A program made the translations under genes and the position numbers. Below are positions 30,698 through 44,482 of a DNA stretch of 64,000 nucleotides, piece by piece. The notes beneath the pieces were generated by a model, which saw nothing but the letters and a program-made list of their open reading frames with translations, was not told the DNA's origin and ran no database searches. Origin of the DNA: Geosiphon pyriformis uo1 (taxonomy: Eukaryota > Fungi > Glomeromycota); the NCBI GenBank assembly GCA_016748015.1, contig JAAOMT010000276.1:248001-312000 (forward strand). The letters are read 5' to 3'. Positions within the stretch are counted from its first letter, which is position 1. Every line of letters begins with the position of its first letter.

Positions 30698-32429
30698 ATG
30701 GTGTTAAAAGTATTTCGAATGATGCAAATTTGTCCCTCAAGATTATTCGTTAATTCTCGTCGGTATGCCTCGACGATTGTGTCAGAGATACCGGGGGCAT
30801 TTATTGTATTTGATCGTGTAGCAAAAACACGTCAAAAAAATCGTGCTGCTTTAGATATGGAATCTAGTCGACAAGTAGATTATTTGAAGGATGAAGTTGC
30901 ATACCGGATTGTTGATAGGCTTTTGGTGAGAATATAAAAACAAAGTCGCTTTCAAATTAGGTCTATGACATCTATTTTCTAGATGGTTAAAATCAAATTA
31001 GGACATCAAACGCGAATTTAAAACCGTCGTGGATTTAGGGAGCGGATCTGGCCACATTATTAAACACCTTGATCAGGACATCGTAAAAGAATTGATCATG
31101 TGTGATATGTCAGGTCTTATGCCAAAATTTTTTGATTACTGTATTTTTTCTTATTTTACCTTGTTAATTTATTCCTATTTTACGAACAGAAAAAGCGTTA
31201 GAGAGAGATAAAGATATTGGCTATAAAGGTAAAGGGAATTTCTATTCGGATTTTTGGTCACATGAGTGCTCCTATTTAAAACTTATCCCGATGACACATG
31301 AGGGCAGTGGAAGTTGAGAGAAAAGTTGTTGATGAAGAATCACTTCCTTTCGAAGAAAATTCATTGGATGCCGTTATTAGCAGTTTATCACTTCATTGGG
31401 TTAATGATTTACCAGGTTCGCCAAAAATTTTCATAAAAATTATTTTATCACATAGATTTTGCTTTTAATTGATCAAAATTTCAAGGAGCATTTATACAAA
31501 TCCGACGTTCATTAAAACCGGATGGAGTGTTCATCGGGGCGCTGTTTGGCGGCGATACATTATTTGAACTACGGCAAGTAGAATAATTCCAATTTTTAAA
31601 CACAAAATATTTTTAGTTTTGCTAATTTATGTGTGATTCTTAATACTTAAAGAACCTCTTTACAACTTGCAGAAACAGAACGTGAAGGGGGTATTTCCCC
31701 ACGGGTATCCCCTATGACAGGTTTGATCATAAAAAATTAATATTTAATTAGTGAACTCATTTGTTCTGATGGCTCGAGTTGATTTCAGATGTACGTGACC
31801 TGGGTAGTTTGCTCTCTCGTGCTGGATTCACGTTGACTACGGTTGATCTGGATGATATAGTTGTAAATTATCCTAGCATGTTTGAACTAATGCAAGACTT
31901 ACGGGCTATGGGCGAGAGCAATGCAGTGTTGACAAGGTATATTCTATCGAATTTATGTCCACGAAGGCAATTCATAATTCTCTTTATCTTTTAGACGCCC
32001 ATTTTTGAAAAGAGATACAATGTTGGCAGCCGCCGCTATATATAAAGGTAGGCTTTTTGAATATTTCATCCAAATTACTCGTATCCTCTTATAACGCTGC
32101 TTTTAATCGATTTACTTTTAAAGAATTATACGGAAATCCTGAAGGAACAATTCCGGCTACCTTTCAGGTTCATATATCTATTTCATGTAAACTTTTTTGT
32201 GGCAATTCCCCTAATTCAATATTTTCTTTTTTGAAATTCAGATTCTTTATGTGGTAAATATCCTTTATTTTATGCATGTGAGTTTCTGGAATTTCCATCT
32301 TTATAATTTTCATTGTTATCAAAGATTGGGTGGAAACCAGATGTCTCTCAACCAAAGCCCAAACCACGGGGGTCTGCTCAGACATCTTTGAAGGAGATCT
32401 TAGAAAAGAGTGGTTCGGAAGAGCAATAG
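30698..32429 (+). CDS. NDUFAF5: NDUFAF5-like SAM-dependent complex I assembly factor, multi-exon
   Basis: [101 protein letters not shown]. Confidence 0.92.
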
Positions 32430-33793
32430 GAAATTGGAAGTCAATTCAGATCACCACAATTCCTAATTTGATCCTTTCAGAAGATCTCCCAAGTTCAAGG
32501 ACCAGAATTTTAGATCATTGGCGAACTCATGGAAAACGTTCCCCGAATCAGTGCTCTAATTTCTAGCTGAGAGGGCGATTACATACTTGATTTTTGCCAA
32601 CAGGCAGTCTATGTTGGTGGGTCTCATCTAACTATTGTATCTCTAGCGGGAAGACAGCTTTGTATTTTGTCTATTCCTCGGGTGTCAATATTCTCCCCCG
32701 ATGATCAAATGTAATAAATGAGGGTCGTGTGTCGATTTTCTCAATCGTTCTTAAGAAAGAATTCATTAAGTATATCGAAAGATGATGAAAAGCCAGAAAA
32801 AAAATCTAGACATACTGTTTTGCCATTTCTGTCTTCATGAGAATTTCCTTTAATGGGCTCGCAAGCAATACAATACCTATCGAAAATATAGCAACAGAAA
32901 CTAAAGTCTCGATCGTCACCTGTTTTAGCCGCAAAAATGTACAAGCAAAATCACTAAACTGTTATCGCGTTTCAAAAACGGTTAAAAAGAAAGACTCACA
33001 TCTAAAGGTAGATCTTTTTCTACTTTTTCTACCACCTTCAGATACGAGAGATCTAAAATTAATTAAGAAACAATAGGAATCAAATGTCTAAATGAAAAAA
33101 GAATTTCTAAAGTCTGGGGAGAGATTCTCACGTTCATATGTTGAATAGGAAGAGTGGATCAAGAGGAGAAAGCCAAGTGTGCATAGTATTCGACCTAGTG
33201 TCGGTGAACTTGAAGACATTAGAGGTTATTTCAATGTGGATATGCGTATCTTGATTAAAAGGTCAACGAGAAATCTTGAGAATTTACAATTTGGTAGATC
33301 ATTGTAAAAACCTTATTTCTGATAATAGACTCCTCGAACTCGGGTTTCTATAAGTTTTACTACGTTAATTTTTAAATTCATTTAAATGAATATTTTCATT
33401 ATAAAATTTTAAGATTTTAATTTAAAATTAAAAAAAAGATTTAAATATCAAACTTGTTGAACATTAATATTTAAAAATTAAAAATACATGTTATTTTTGC
33501 TTAATTAATGTAAAACGCTGTATAATGCTTTAGCAAATGTAATATGTTATATAATATAAAAAGTTTATTAAATATTAAAAAACGAAAATTTAATTCAATG
33601 GTTTCATATTTTTCAAAATTTTATTATAATATAATAATAAAATATATTTTTAAATGCATATATTTTAATAAAAAGCCAAAAATTTATAAAAATGGTACAG
33701 TGAAATCTTTTGTAATTTATAGAATAAAATCATGTGATCATCACAATTTAAAGACGATGATTCCTGATAAGAGGCATTTCACTTTTTGTTGTC

Positions 33794-34930
33794 ATGTCTA
33801 CGTCCTGGAAATTTCGACTCATAGTTTCGGCATTGATCCTGATTTTTTTATCACTCTTCTTTATACCCCCAGCAAGAGCTTGGGATCAAGGTAATTTCTC
33901 AACTTCTTAGCGTCATGAAATATATGCAAAGAAAAATATACTTCTCGATTGAAACATTCTCTTCCGCACACTCATCTTTGCTTTTAGAGGACTATGAAAT
34001 ATTTGATTTGGTTGACGAGTTAGAAAATGCTGAAGGGAGCCATGAAACTTTTTACTCGTGGATAGGTCTTGAGGAGTCGGCGACCGAGAAAGAAATTGGG
34101 AAAGCATATCGGAAAAAGTCCTTGACGTTACAGTAAGTCAGAAGTTATATAACCTCTATCTGCCCAGCGAAAAATTATTTTTTTATTTTGAACATATTGC
34201 TAAAAATCTTACTACTTGATTTAGTCCCGATAAAAATCCTGACGAAAGGACACAAGAAAAATTTGCGCGTCTCGGCAAAATAACTGCCATTTTGCGTAGC
34301 CCAGAATCACGAAAACGCTACAACTTCTTCCTAAAGAATGGTGTACCACGATGGCGTGGTACTGGCTATTATTACCGTCGCCATCGTCCGGGTGTCTTAA
34401 ATGTACTCGCTTTCTTATTGATACTAGCTTCCCTATTACATTATCTTGTGATGTGGATCAACTTTTATCAGGAGCGTAAACGAATTCGATTTTACATCCA
34501 AGAGGCACGTGAATTAGCATGGGGTAAACGGATGAAAAAGCAAGATACACGGAAAAGAATAAATGTGAATGAATTACAATTTATCGTGGAAGGTGAATAT
34601 GTCGCGTTCATAACTGATGATGGTGACGAGTTTCCTTTGGATGAGGAAGAGATCATGGCACCTCGAGTGTTAAACTCCTTTATGTTTGCTGCACCAAAAT
34701 GGGCTTATAATTTTGTTTTGGAAAAATTTACTAGAGAAAAGGAAGCTTCTCATTTGGGGAATGGGGTGAAGGATTCGAAGAACAAGGTAGAACATGGGTC
34801 AGCCGATGATAAGAGTTCTTTCTCTAGTGATGACGAGCAAAGTATGCAGAGTGAAGCTGGAGGGAATGTAACACCTCGACAAAGAAGAGCAAGAAATAAA
34901 GATAGACGAGGAAATAAAAATAGAAGATAA
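33794..34930 (+). CDS. ER membrane J-domain protein (Erj5/DNAJC1-like), 3 exons
   Basis: Signal peptide then WDQEDYEIFDLVDELE; J-domain with the PDKN motif following an intron; YNFFLKNGVPRWRGTGYYYRRHRPG; transmembrane segment. Confidence 0.88.
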
Positions 34931-35679
34931 CTATTGGGGATCGTGTTACGTGAAAAACTTTATGGATGGGCTCGGATCCAAAAGACATTTATGCCGCAAG
35001 ATTATCTATTCAAATCAAACATTTTTCATAGAACATCGCATAACCTGGACACTTTCATATTATTTTTAGAAATAGTCATCAAATCACCAATAGATTTTGA
35101 CACATTAATTATTTTTTGGTACAAATTATTATTAGATTCTAATAGTTAAGGTATCAATGTGATGTTCCGCAAACTTAGATAAAACAATGTTGGAATTTTT
35201 TTCGTAAAATAATTACTTCATACTCTAGCGCATTCCCGAGAAATGGCGTCATAAATTATAGTAACTTGACAAAAAATTACCCAAAGGATTTTCGACAGAA
35301 ATCGGAAAATCCCATTAAAGTCTAGTCAAATCATATTTTTTTGTGGCAATTGTTGAATGATCTATTATTTCAACTTTGGATCGGTGATTTGTCTCCAACC
35401 CTCTTTCTCTTGATGCACGTTCCTCCATATCAAAGCGTTTTTCCCTGATTCATATTATACAGAAATTTTTTAATGAAAAAGTTTTGTGCGAATTATGCAA
35501 TACAAAAATAGGCTAAGAAATTGATTAAGAGAAGTAAAGTGGTAGATTCATCGCATAGCTCTTGTAGTCTCACAGCAGCAGTAGGAGGCACTGTTGTGAA
35601 CGGGTATAGATGGGGATTGAGAGGCGATTGTGATGAATGGGTTGTTATTGGTTTCTTCATTATCGTAAAAATCAAGGGA

Positions 35680-36350
35680 AATATCATCCGATAGAGTTTT
35701 CAATTTTTATCTCCTTTTCTAATTTAATATGATTCGTCTTTCCGACAATCATTTATTTTCAATTTGTGAGACATGTTGATATACTTGGTATCTAAAATAT
35801 TTTATCCTCCGGTAGAACAAGAACCTTGATCAGGGTAGAAATTCGTTCATTTTGTCGGAAGCCTCCAGCATCTGGTCACCAGTAAATTTGATTTCTAATG
35901 CATATCGCTTTTTTATAGTTGACCCGCCATCAGGACGAAATTCTTGATATTCTTTGATGCCAACCGTAAGCTTTTTGAGATAAACTCTTGGCTTATGAAA
36001 GATTAGACGTAAATGAATAAAAATCGTTCCTCCTGGTCAAAAAGTTGTTTTCTCAAACCCTACATCATATCCTACTCGCTTTCCTATAGCGCGTTGATTA
36101 CCCAGATTTTGAAGGACCAAGGTTTCCTATGGGGGAGTTTACAGTCAAAACTTTTAGCACTGATAGTATTATGACAACTTCGTAAGAGGATTGAACAGTG
36201 CTATTTGGTCTCCAAGGTACAATCATCTCATCCAAAAAGTTTAATTCAGCAAGATCCGAAGAAAAAAGGGTTTGGATGCTAGATCGAGCGAGTAAATACT
36301 CTACTTGACCACACAATGTAAATCTCTTACTCTGCATTAGATTCTATCAC
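35680..36350 (-). pseudogene. Arrestin-like pseudogene fragment, paralog of 42600-44090
   Basis: KRVGYDVGFEKTTF*PGGTIFIHLRLIFHKPRVYLKKLTVGIKEYQE matches KGVGYDVSLPFSSY...VKLIFYKPLVYLKSINVAIKEYRE; contains stops and frameshifts. Confidence 0.7.
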
Positions 36351-36642
36351 ACATCTTTGTCTCGAGATCTTTTAATTTTAGTAAAAATGGCTATCGACTC
36401 TATCAACATTTTTACTCATGCTAGAGTGAAGGTGCCAATTTAACGAGAAATTATTAATAAAATTATTTCGGCAAAGGTTTTTAGGAACTTTACTGATTGA
36501 CTTTATTTCAGAAATAAAAAACAGATAATTATCCATTAAAATCAAATTGAAAACCAAAATTTGCGATAAAAAGAATAGTCGCATCACGAGTTCAATCACA
36601 AAATCATAAATATCTGTTTTTCACTTTATTCACCGATTAAGC

Positions 36643-37499
36643 CTAAACTTTAACATCATAGTCCGTTTCCATAACTGTCGTTAACATCCCATAATGAACT
36701 CGATCAGGCCTGGTTATGATAGGCACTCTCCCAAAGCGTGAAAACGGCCAAAGAATATGCGTCACTTTAGCATTAATTAATCCCAGCGGAACCTAGGTTC
36801 ATGAAGCGGAAATCTTGTTTGAAGTTATTGAATTTAAGCAGATCTTGGGGGTAAAGCTTTGAAAACTTACCGGACCAAACGTATTACTATCTTTGCTGTG
36901 AAAATTTTCGTCACCTTCCACCCAACAATGACCCCTTGGTACGTAAACCAAACGATTTGGATTCGGTGGAAGTGTGATCACCGTGTCACCTTCTAATGCG
37001 ATTATGCGTTTTGTTATCAATAGGTCCGGATCGTATGGTGACCTTGAGTCAATTGGTGTTTTGGAGGGTATTTGAGTAAACCTTTATTATAAAATTATGA
37101 TATGCAAAATAATGTAAACACCTAGTACGAACCAGAGAGTGACTACATCTCCAACTTCATATTTACGCCATGCAACCGTCCAACGATTGAGTAAAACGAC
37201 GTCATGACGAAGTTTATTCGTGTCTGGATTAAAAGTTGGCTGGTGGTTTAGTGCATGCATACATATTAATAGAATTTGGAGGACTTGTGCCTTTCACTTT
37301 ATTTACTTACCGTGTTTAACAAAGAAATTCACAACTTTGGAATTGAAAGGAAAACATGCTTAACTAATTATACCTGCATGGAGCGCCCGTTCACTGACGC
37401 TACACTATACACATGTTCAATAAAAAACGCGGCTACCGGCACCCACCCTAGTTGCCGAATCATTTGTTGAGTTTTAGGGTTAAAAAAAAACTTTGACAT
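36643..37499 (-). CDS. IMP2: Mitochondrial inner membrane protease subunit Imp2 (S26 peptidase), multi-exon
   Basis: [75 protein letters not shown]. Confidence 0.92.
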
Positions 37500-37675
37500 G
37501 GAGAATCTTGCTTTTTACGTTTAGCTAAAAAAAGATTTTGCGAGGACCAGTAGATAAAAAATAATTGATAAAAGCACTAACCATTACTGGGCCTGCAGCA
37601 GTAGTAGAAGATCACTGATCGATTAGATCATTAAAGTCGAAAGACACGTCAAAATATTTTGAGCTTTAGACCTTA

Positions 37676-38464
37676 ATGGCACGGCGGTTTTCCGTACGAC
37701 CAAAAATGATGGCATTTCTATATAGAAATACTTTTCATGATCCATTTCGCCTTTCATTAGTAAATAGGCAGAATATTTTGATTTTAACGACCCTGGCAAA
37801 GCCCTTGGTACTTTCCTTCACAATGTCTTCACAGCCACTTGATGAATCAAAGGGCGAAGAGTTATCCCTGACAATATCTCTACCGCCAAACATTCTATAT
37901 ATCAAAAACCACTTACTTGCGGCTTCCAAAAATCTTGTCTACATTTCCGAGAGTGACGAGCCATTTGAATTTGTTTTCTTCCCTAGTGCGGAACTTTCAC
38001 AACTTCCAGAAACTGGGGAAGAATTCGCGTCCCTCGTCTTAGGCCGTGACCTCAGCACCCTTCGTAAGCATCGTTCTTTAATGACAATTGAAGACGATGT
38101 TTATGATGATTCGCCACGACCTCGAGTTCTCGATTTTGACGAGTTTTTTACAGCCTTAAGTGGTGATAGGGTTGGTGAGGCTGCAAATGAGACACCTTTA
38201 CAAGAGGACGACCCATACACTCAAACTCTAGGCTATGGTGAATTGAAACGTGCATTTAAACGTTCTTTCACGGATGGTGGTAACAGTGTTACGCTTAACG
38301 AGGACGGGGTCATCGAACGTCCCCCGACTCCTGATTTGAATTCGAGTCAAGATTTTAGAATTTATCGTGTGCCATTGGATAAAACTAGAATTGAAATTTT
38401 TATTGTTGGATTGGTTAAGGGTGTTGGCGTCGTTGGGGTTAAAACCTTGAGTATTGAGACATAA
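37676..38464 (+). CDS. Nuclease A inhibitor (NuiA)-like protein, intronless
   Basis: LLAASKNLVYISESDEPFEFV, DFDEFFTAL and IYRV...IEIFIVGL..GVVGVKTLSIET* match the NuiA pattern (L.F.SESE.PFE...VYR.G....VYV.G......G.ST..VET*). Confidence 0.8.
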   Translation: MARRFSVRPKMMAFLYRNTFHDPFRLSLVNRQNILILTTLAKPLVLSFTMSSQPLDESKGEELSLTISLPPNILYIKNHLLAASKNLVYISESDEPFEFVFFPSAELSQLPETGEEFASLVLGRDLSTLRKHRSLMTIEDDVYDDSPRPRVLDFDEFFTALSGDRVGEAANETPLQEDDPYTQTLGYGELKRAFKRSFTDGGNSVTLNEDGVIERPPTPDLNSSQDFRIYRVPLDKTRIEIFIVGLVKGVGVVGVKTLSIET

Positions 38465-38944
38465 TTGTCTATGGAAATGGGGCATGCTTATGACTATGTT
38501 GAAAATTGGACGAAGATTTTGGTTGGTGTAATAATGTGATTTGAGATATGGATGCTCTTCTACTTTGCCGCCATTCTAGTTGGTTGTCAATTTCTCCTTG
38601 TAATGAAGAACACGTTAGGGGGTTGGTCACCATCTTTATTTTCATAATTTTAATACTTTTTAATTATTAATAACGGTATACTGTTGTCAACAGTATAACA
38701 ATTTTTCTCAAAGCAGATATTTTTTTTTCTAAAATTTGCTTCCATTAAAGCCCAAAAAACACTAGGTCATGATATAAATTTAAAATCTGAAATTAATTAG
38801 TATTCCGTTGACAAGTGCATTTTGTAGAGAAATCTCAAAATTATATGGTTAAAATTAATCTTTGATTACTTTTAGGTTCTATTTATTTTTCATGAAGTTC
38901 AGTCACCCCGATCTTACACTACCTTTTCCATTCACGAGGTCATC

Positions 38945-40467
38945 TCACACAAACACATATCCCCCTCCCCCCCAGCTTTGTAAATCAACCCACCTGCTTT
39001 CCATTCGAAAAAACATCCATAACCATCGTCTTCCCACTTCCAAACACTCCATTAAAAATACACCAGCCTCTAACTCAGCAACAACATGTAAATGCGAGGA
39101 AAGCTTCAAAGACCAGGTGAATCGAAGCAAGAAATCAATAATAATTGCGATATAATAAATAAAAGGAAATTTAAAATGTAAAGTCGAACGAAGCTGAAAG
39201 CTTGGAATACGCCAAATACGACTAGCGGAGGCAGTTAGGACTGTAGGTGTTGTTGGTATGCTATTTACATCAGTTGAAAAAATTTCAAGATTCCAATCTT
39301 TTGTCACATCCCAATAGAAAGAATACAATGAATTAACAGCTACGGATGCAATCCTATAAATAAAAGTTCATTGAATCCATAAAATATTTAAAAATTGTAA
39401 AATAGATCGTGCCAATGGGTCGAGATATACCATAACTTATATAAAGTCGCTTGACCAAGGGTGACATCCTCCGAATCCAATGTGCCATAATCATATCGTT
39501 TTTGTAAAGCCGAGAAAAATATTACAGGAAACGCAGAAGCATATTTTAGTGCATTATATAAGTGTCGTCTATTGATAAAATTTGAACTCCAATATTCCGA
39601 CATACATAGACGAAAACGAATAAAATAAGGCAAACTTTTGTCGTCGTCGTCGTCGTCGTTCAAAGTTCGCCCAAGATAGAATGGAGAGAGAGAGACACAT
39701 ATTATTTTTCTGGATCTTGGGATTACAAAAAAAAATGGTAAATTTCTTACCCAGTGAGAAAAGGTGCGACCACATAACTCCAACATCGGTTCTCTGAAAA
39801 AATTCCGGCCTCTTCGAAATTGTGAAAAATTAAAATACATCCGGTCACGTACAAATCTCCCAACACCTTAGCAAAGCTGGTCAAGATGTCGGCCATCACA
39901 GTATCGGCGAACCGCACTTCTGAACCAAATTTAAAAAACATAATTCGACAAAAACATCTAGTAATCAAAACAGAAATATTAATTCAAAATCAATTTCAGA
40001 ATCGACTATCTTGAAATATAAACTCTGAATTCTTACACCTTTTACCTCATAAATCGAATCCGATCTCGTCGTCTGAATATGTTGAAGGGGCAAATTATGA
40101 CCAATAGTATAACGACGTAGCAAATCAAAGGTACACATGTCCACTCTGCTATTTTATCCGGTTGACCGTCACTCAATCGCCAAAATAGCAGTATATTGAA
40201 GCCTACCCAAGTGGACAACATGGCCGCTATTATGTACACGGATTTGTATGGATTTGTTGAAATTTTCTCAGGGTAATGATTTTGCGGGTAAAAGGAAAAG
40301 AGTGCAAAAACATCTACCCCAACACAAGAGAGTAATTGCAAGTTAGAGCCCCAAGCCCAAAGTCCTATGCACAGAACAATTAACACTCGAAATGGTAGGG
40401 GAAAACTATGGGAGAACGTCCACACTCTCGCGGCAGTGTCGTCTATGACGGGTATCGTCACATCCAT
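38945..40467 (-). CDS. ERD1: Erd1/EXS-family membrane protein, multi-exon
   Basis: FPLPFRVL, VRFADTVMADILTSFAKVLGD, LPYFIRFRLC, HLYNALKYASAFP, YSFYWDVTKDW, DFLLRFTWSLKLS, EVGRRWLWMFFRME. Confidence 0.88.
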
Positions 40468-40844
40468 CGCGAACCCAAAAACGATAATCTTGAAATAAAA
40501 AGGAGTTAAAGTCACAATTTTAGTCTGCACTGCTGACTAAGGGGTGAGACGACGACACTGTTCCGTGAGTGGACGATGAACTTAAAATAGATGTTAGAAA
40601 TCCAGATTGAAAATAAGAGAATGTAACTTCTAGTGGAAGAGTGGCTTTCTTGGAGAAATGATTTATGATTAGCTGAAACTTAAAATTTGTTGCTCGTTTT
40701 AAAGTAGTTTTTTCCGACCTAGTACTGTTACATCATTGGTTCACTATTGGTTATTAAATACATGTGGCAAATTCGTCACGGGATTCACGATCAAAGTGAA
40801 TCAAGTGGCCAATCTAAAAGTCCAAATTCATTTCATCTTTTGTC

Positions 40845-42352
40845 ATGACCGCAGGAGCTCTTTTGGAAAGCGACTGTCCCGACCTACAACTTGTGGCACG
40901 TGGTAAAGTAAGAGATTTGTATCGAATCGACGAAAATACTTTGCTTTTCGTCGCGACGGATAGGATAAGTGCATTCGATGTGATAATGAAAAATGTATAA
41001 TCAATTATCAAAAAATTCAAAGAAATAAAATATCAAAAATTACGACCAAGTTTTGAATCTATCCGGATTATTAATATGTAATTTTAAGGGGATCCCTGGT
41101 AAAGGGAAAGTTTTAACACAAATAAGCGTGTTCTGGTTTGCTTATCTTGCCGATATCATACCAAACCATTTGATCACGACGGATTTCGATAAAATGCCGG
41201 AAAAGGTGAAAAAGTATAAGAAACAGTTGGAGCATCGATCTTTGTTAGTCAAAAATTTACAAGTATTTAAATTGGAGGCGATCGTGCGAGGATATATTAC
41301 CGGTATTTCTGACACGATAAAAGAATTAATCAGTTCGAAAGTGTGGTAGATTTGCGTGTTATTCAGGGTTTGATTTCCAGGTTTATTTCCAATCATCAGG
41401 CTCTGCGTGGTCAGAATATAAGCAAAGCGGTACTATATGTGGGATACCGTTGCCGGAGGATCTTGAAGAAAGTCAACAATTTCCCGATGTTCTATTCACA
41501 CCCAGTACAAAGGCTGATATCGGACAACATGGTTAGGTGATGACATTTTGTCGCATTATCACATGACTATATGTTAATACGCTTTTTCAAAATTCTGGGA
41601 TTCGAATCTATTCCATGCAAAATTTCTTTTTTTGGTCTTAAAAAGATGAAAATATTCATCCTAGTAAAGGTAAACTTTTGGAAATTGCGTAAATTTTTTA
41701 TTTCTCGCGATTAATGAATTCTAATATTTGCAATGACTAAAAGTGGCAGAAATCGTTGGGACAAAATATGCCAAGGAAATTTCGGAAACCTCAATAAAAC
41801 TTTATAACAAGGTACCAAAATCTAGACATCAAACGTATACCTTGAATCTCATAATTACTATTTATATAATATTTATGGCATACAGGCGAAAGATTATGCG
41901 TTAACCAAGGGTATTATCATCGCAGACACAAAATTTGAATTTGGAGTCGACTCAGAAGGAACCTTGTATATAGTGGACGAAGTCTTAACACCAGGTTTGT
42001 TCCCGATTTCTTGTGATTTTCCACTTTGATTTTCTTTAAAATAATTTATTCGTAATTACCAAGATTCTTCGAGATTCTGGCCCGCTTCAAAATATAAAAT
42101 CGGGCAGAGTCAGAAAAGGTATACTAATATTCAAATAATCTTTTTGCTGAATGCTTCCTGTGATATCCAAATCTTACCAGTGGTCCCGTGATATTTAGTT
42201 TTGACAAACAGAGCCTTAGAGATTACCTGACGAGCATTAAGCACGACAGAAAAACGAGTATCTTACTGCCCGACGAAATTGTTAAACAAATAATGGAGAA
42301 ATACATGGAAGTCTATACACTGTTGACCGGAGCTGCACCAAACTTTTTATAA
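40845..42352 (+). CDS. ADE1: SAICAR synthetase, multi-exon
   Basis: [76 protein letters not shown]. Confidence 0.96.
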
Positions 42353-42599
42353 AAAATAAATGCGATACCCTTGTGGTTTTTTTGTCTTTATTATTATGAT
42401 TATTATCATTTAATGTTGATACAAAAATATACAATATATTATGAGCATCAGAAACCAATCACAAATCTCGAGATCGATTTGGAACCAATTATTTGTTTCT
42501 ACTTGGCTCTGTTCTCATCGCTGCCCCTTTCATAATGTTTATTAATCATTCAAGAATTCATTAGCCCAATAATCCAGATGAGCTTGACTCGCCCTTGCA

Positions 42600-44090
42600 T
42601 TATGTGATAATATTTATCGCCGGTGAAGTATATGAATAAGGAGGCAAAAACTCCTCGTTCAATGATTGATTTCGGGACGGTAAAGATGGAGCTGGCCGAG
42701 TTTGAACATCTGATAACGAATAAGATGACCCAGGTTGCGAATGTGCTGGACGTGAAGGTAAAGTTGGAGGGGTTTGTCGTCGTGTTGGTGACAAAAAAAA
42801 ATCAGGCTCCAAATCTGATGATGATGGTGCTGATGGAATACATTCGGGCGATTGTGGTAATAGGATCGGACTAGGTATAAAAGGAGGTGAACTTAACGTA
42901 TGATTGTTTGTAAACTCGACAAGTGAAGGATTAGTTGAATGAGAATAAATTGGGAGGTTCAATATTGAAAGAGATGACGGTAATAAAGTCTGTATAGTTT
43001 GTGGCTGTTCTAATTGATTTGTTTCGCTCCAAGTCAAATTTAGTGATGATTGACTGTAAAGTCGTGCAGCTTGGTCAATACATTCTTGGGGAATAATGTT
43101 CGTAATGATTTCCTCACTCAGCAAATTTTCAATTTTAATTTCTTTCGCCAAATTTACATTTGATGCCCGGCCAAACATAATTTTCACTTTTAATTTATGA
43201 GATATCGTGATATTATTAGAATTTAACGAATTGAATATTTTTCCTTCTTCCGGAACCATCAATTTAACTATAGTTGAACACACATTTGCAGAAGAATCGG
43301 ACAAAGCCGGTACTTGTTTTCCAGCAAGCCTCGTTCGAGCCACATACTTCTTTTGTAACCACTTTTTATTGCCCTGTCGAATTTCACGATATTCTTTAAT
43401 TGCCACATTAATGCTCTTCAAATATACAAGTGGTTTATAAAAGATTAACTTGACTGGAACCGAAATTTCAGAGCTTCGAGAATACGAAGAGAATGGCAAC
43501 GAAACATCATAGCCAACTCCTTTGAGCTTAGCATCCTCCCATTCAATCCATCGTGTCAAATCTGGTGAATGTGGAGAGGCGTATCGTGTGATTAAACAAC
43601 AAGCTTCAACATGTTTGTGGTCCGATTGTAAAAGATTCGGATGACGTAAAATGCTTGCTTTCAACTTATAATAAATCTTTCCCCTTTGGTGTGGCAGTTC
43701 TATCGATGAAGGAAGATTTTCTGGAATCGGAATATCAAACGGTAAATCTAAATGTGTTATTTTCTCGAACTGGTTGTTTGAACCACGCCATATTTCAACA
43801 GAAAACGAGCATAAATTTTTGTTTGCACCTCGAGGTTTGTTAGATTGGGTATCCCTGTTTTCCCAAAATACATCTTCGTGCCCTTCAAAAACAATCCAAA
43901 TATTTTTTGCGTGCAAAGGTTCTCGCGCGGAATAACGCAAATGAAACCTTCCAGATATTGAGGCTTGCTCTACGCCTAGAAAACCTTTCTGAAAAGTATT
44001 TTGATTTGGTAAAAATGAGAAGAATGCTTTTTCGCTATGCTTTGTGTAGTGGGAACGGGGTGGGCCGTTCTCTGCCAGGTTTGATACCAT
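42600..44090 (-). CDS. Alpha-arrestin-like protein, intronless
   Basis: FQKGFLG, DLPFDIPIPENLPSS, GKIYYKLKA, ISHKLKVKI; Pro/Ser-rich tail ending in LPPYSY (PY-like motif). Confidence 0.75.
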   Translation of the reverse strand: MVSNLAENGPPRSHYTKHSEKAFFSFLPNQNTFQKGFLGVEQASISGRFHLRYSAREPLHAKNIWIVFEGHEDVFWENRDTQSNKPRGANKNLCSFSVEIWRGSNNQFEKITHLDLPFDIPIPENLPSSIELPHQRGKIYYKLKASILRHPNLLQSDHKHVEACCLITRYASPHSPDLTRWIEWEDAKLKGVGYDVSLPFSSYSRSSEISVPVKLIFYKPLVYLKSINVAIKEYREIRQGNKKWLQKKYVARTRLAGKQVPALSDSSANVCSTIVKLMVPEEGKIFNSLNSNNITISHKLKVKIMFGRASNVNLAKEIKIENLLSEEIITNIIPQECIDQAARLYSQSSLNLTWSETNQLEQPQTIQTLLPSSLSILNLPIYSHSTNPSLVEFTNNHTLSSPPFIPSPILLPQSPECIPSAPSSSDLEPDFFLSPTRRQTPPTLPSRPAHSQPGSSYSLSDVQTRPAPSLPSRNQSLNEEFLPPYSYTSPAINIIT

Positions 44091-44482
44091 TTGTTTCCGC
44101 GTAGTATTATTAATTTTTATCGATAAGTAAAGAGAGCCGAGTTCAAAAAAGAAAAGGTAAATCACCAGAGCGAATTATAAAAGGTCGGAGAGAACCAAAA
44201 AGTTTCCCGTTTAGATATCTAAATTTTGATAAAATTAAGAATTCTTACAGGGAACAGCATAAATTTTGTTGTCGGAATTAGAATTCCAATTAAAGGTATC
44301 AAGATAATAATTCTCCGAGATTTGTGTGTATATCCCATCTTATAAAGGATTTATAATTTTTTAAATGAAATTTTTATTTCTCCAAAGAATCGTGTGATAT
44401 CAGTATTTTAGGAAAAATCTGGATAATTGCAACTTGCTATAATCCTAAAGAAATCAAAAGCGAGATAATTATTTCCATTTAT

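Noticed and set aside
32450-33310. Possible decayed gene on the minus strand
   Set aside because: Coding-like composition but many stops and no recognisable motif; a call cannot be supported.
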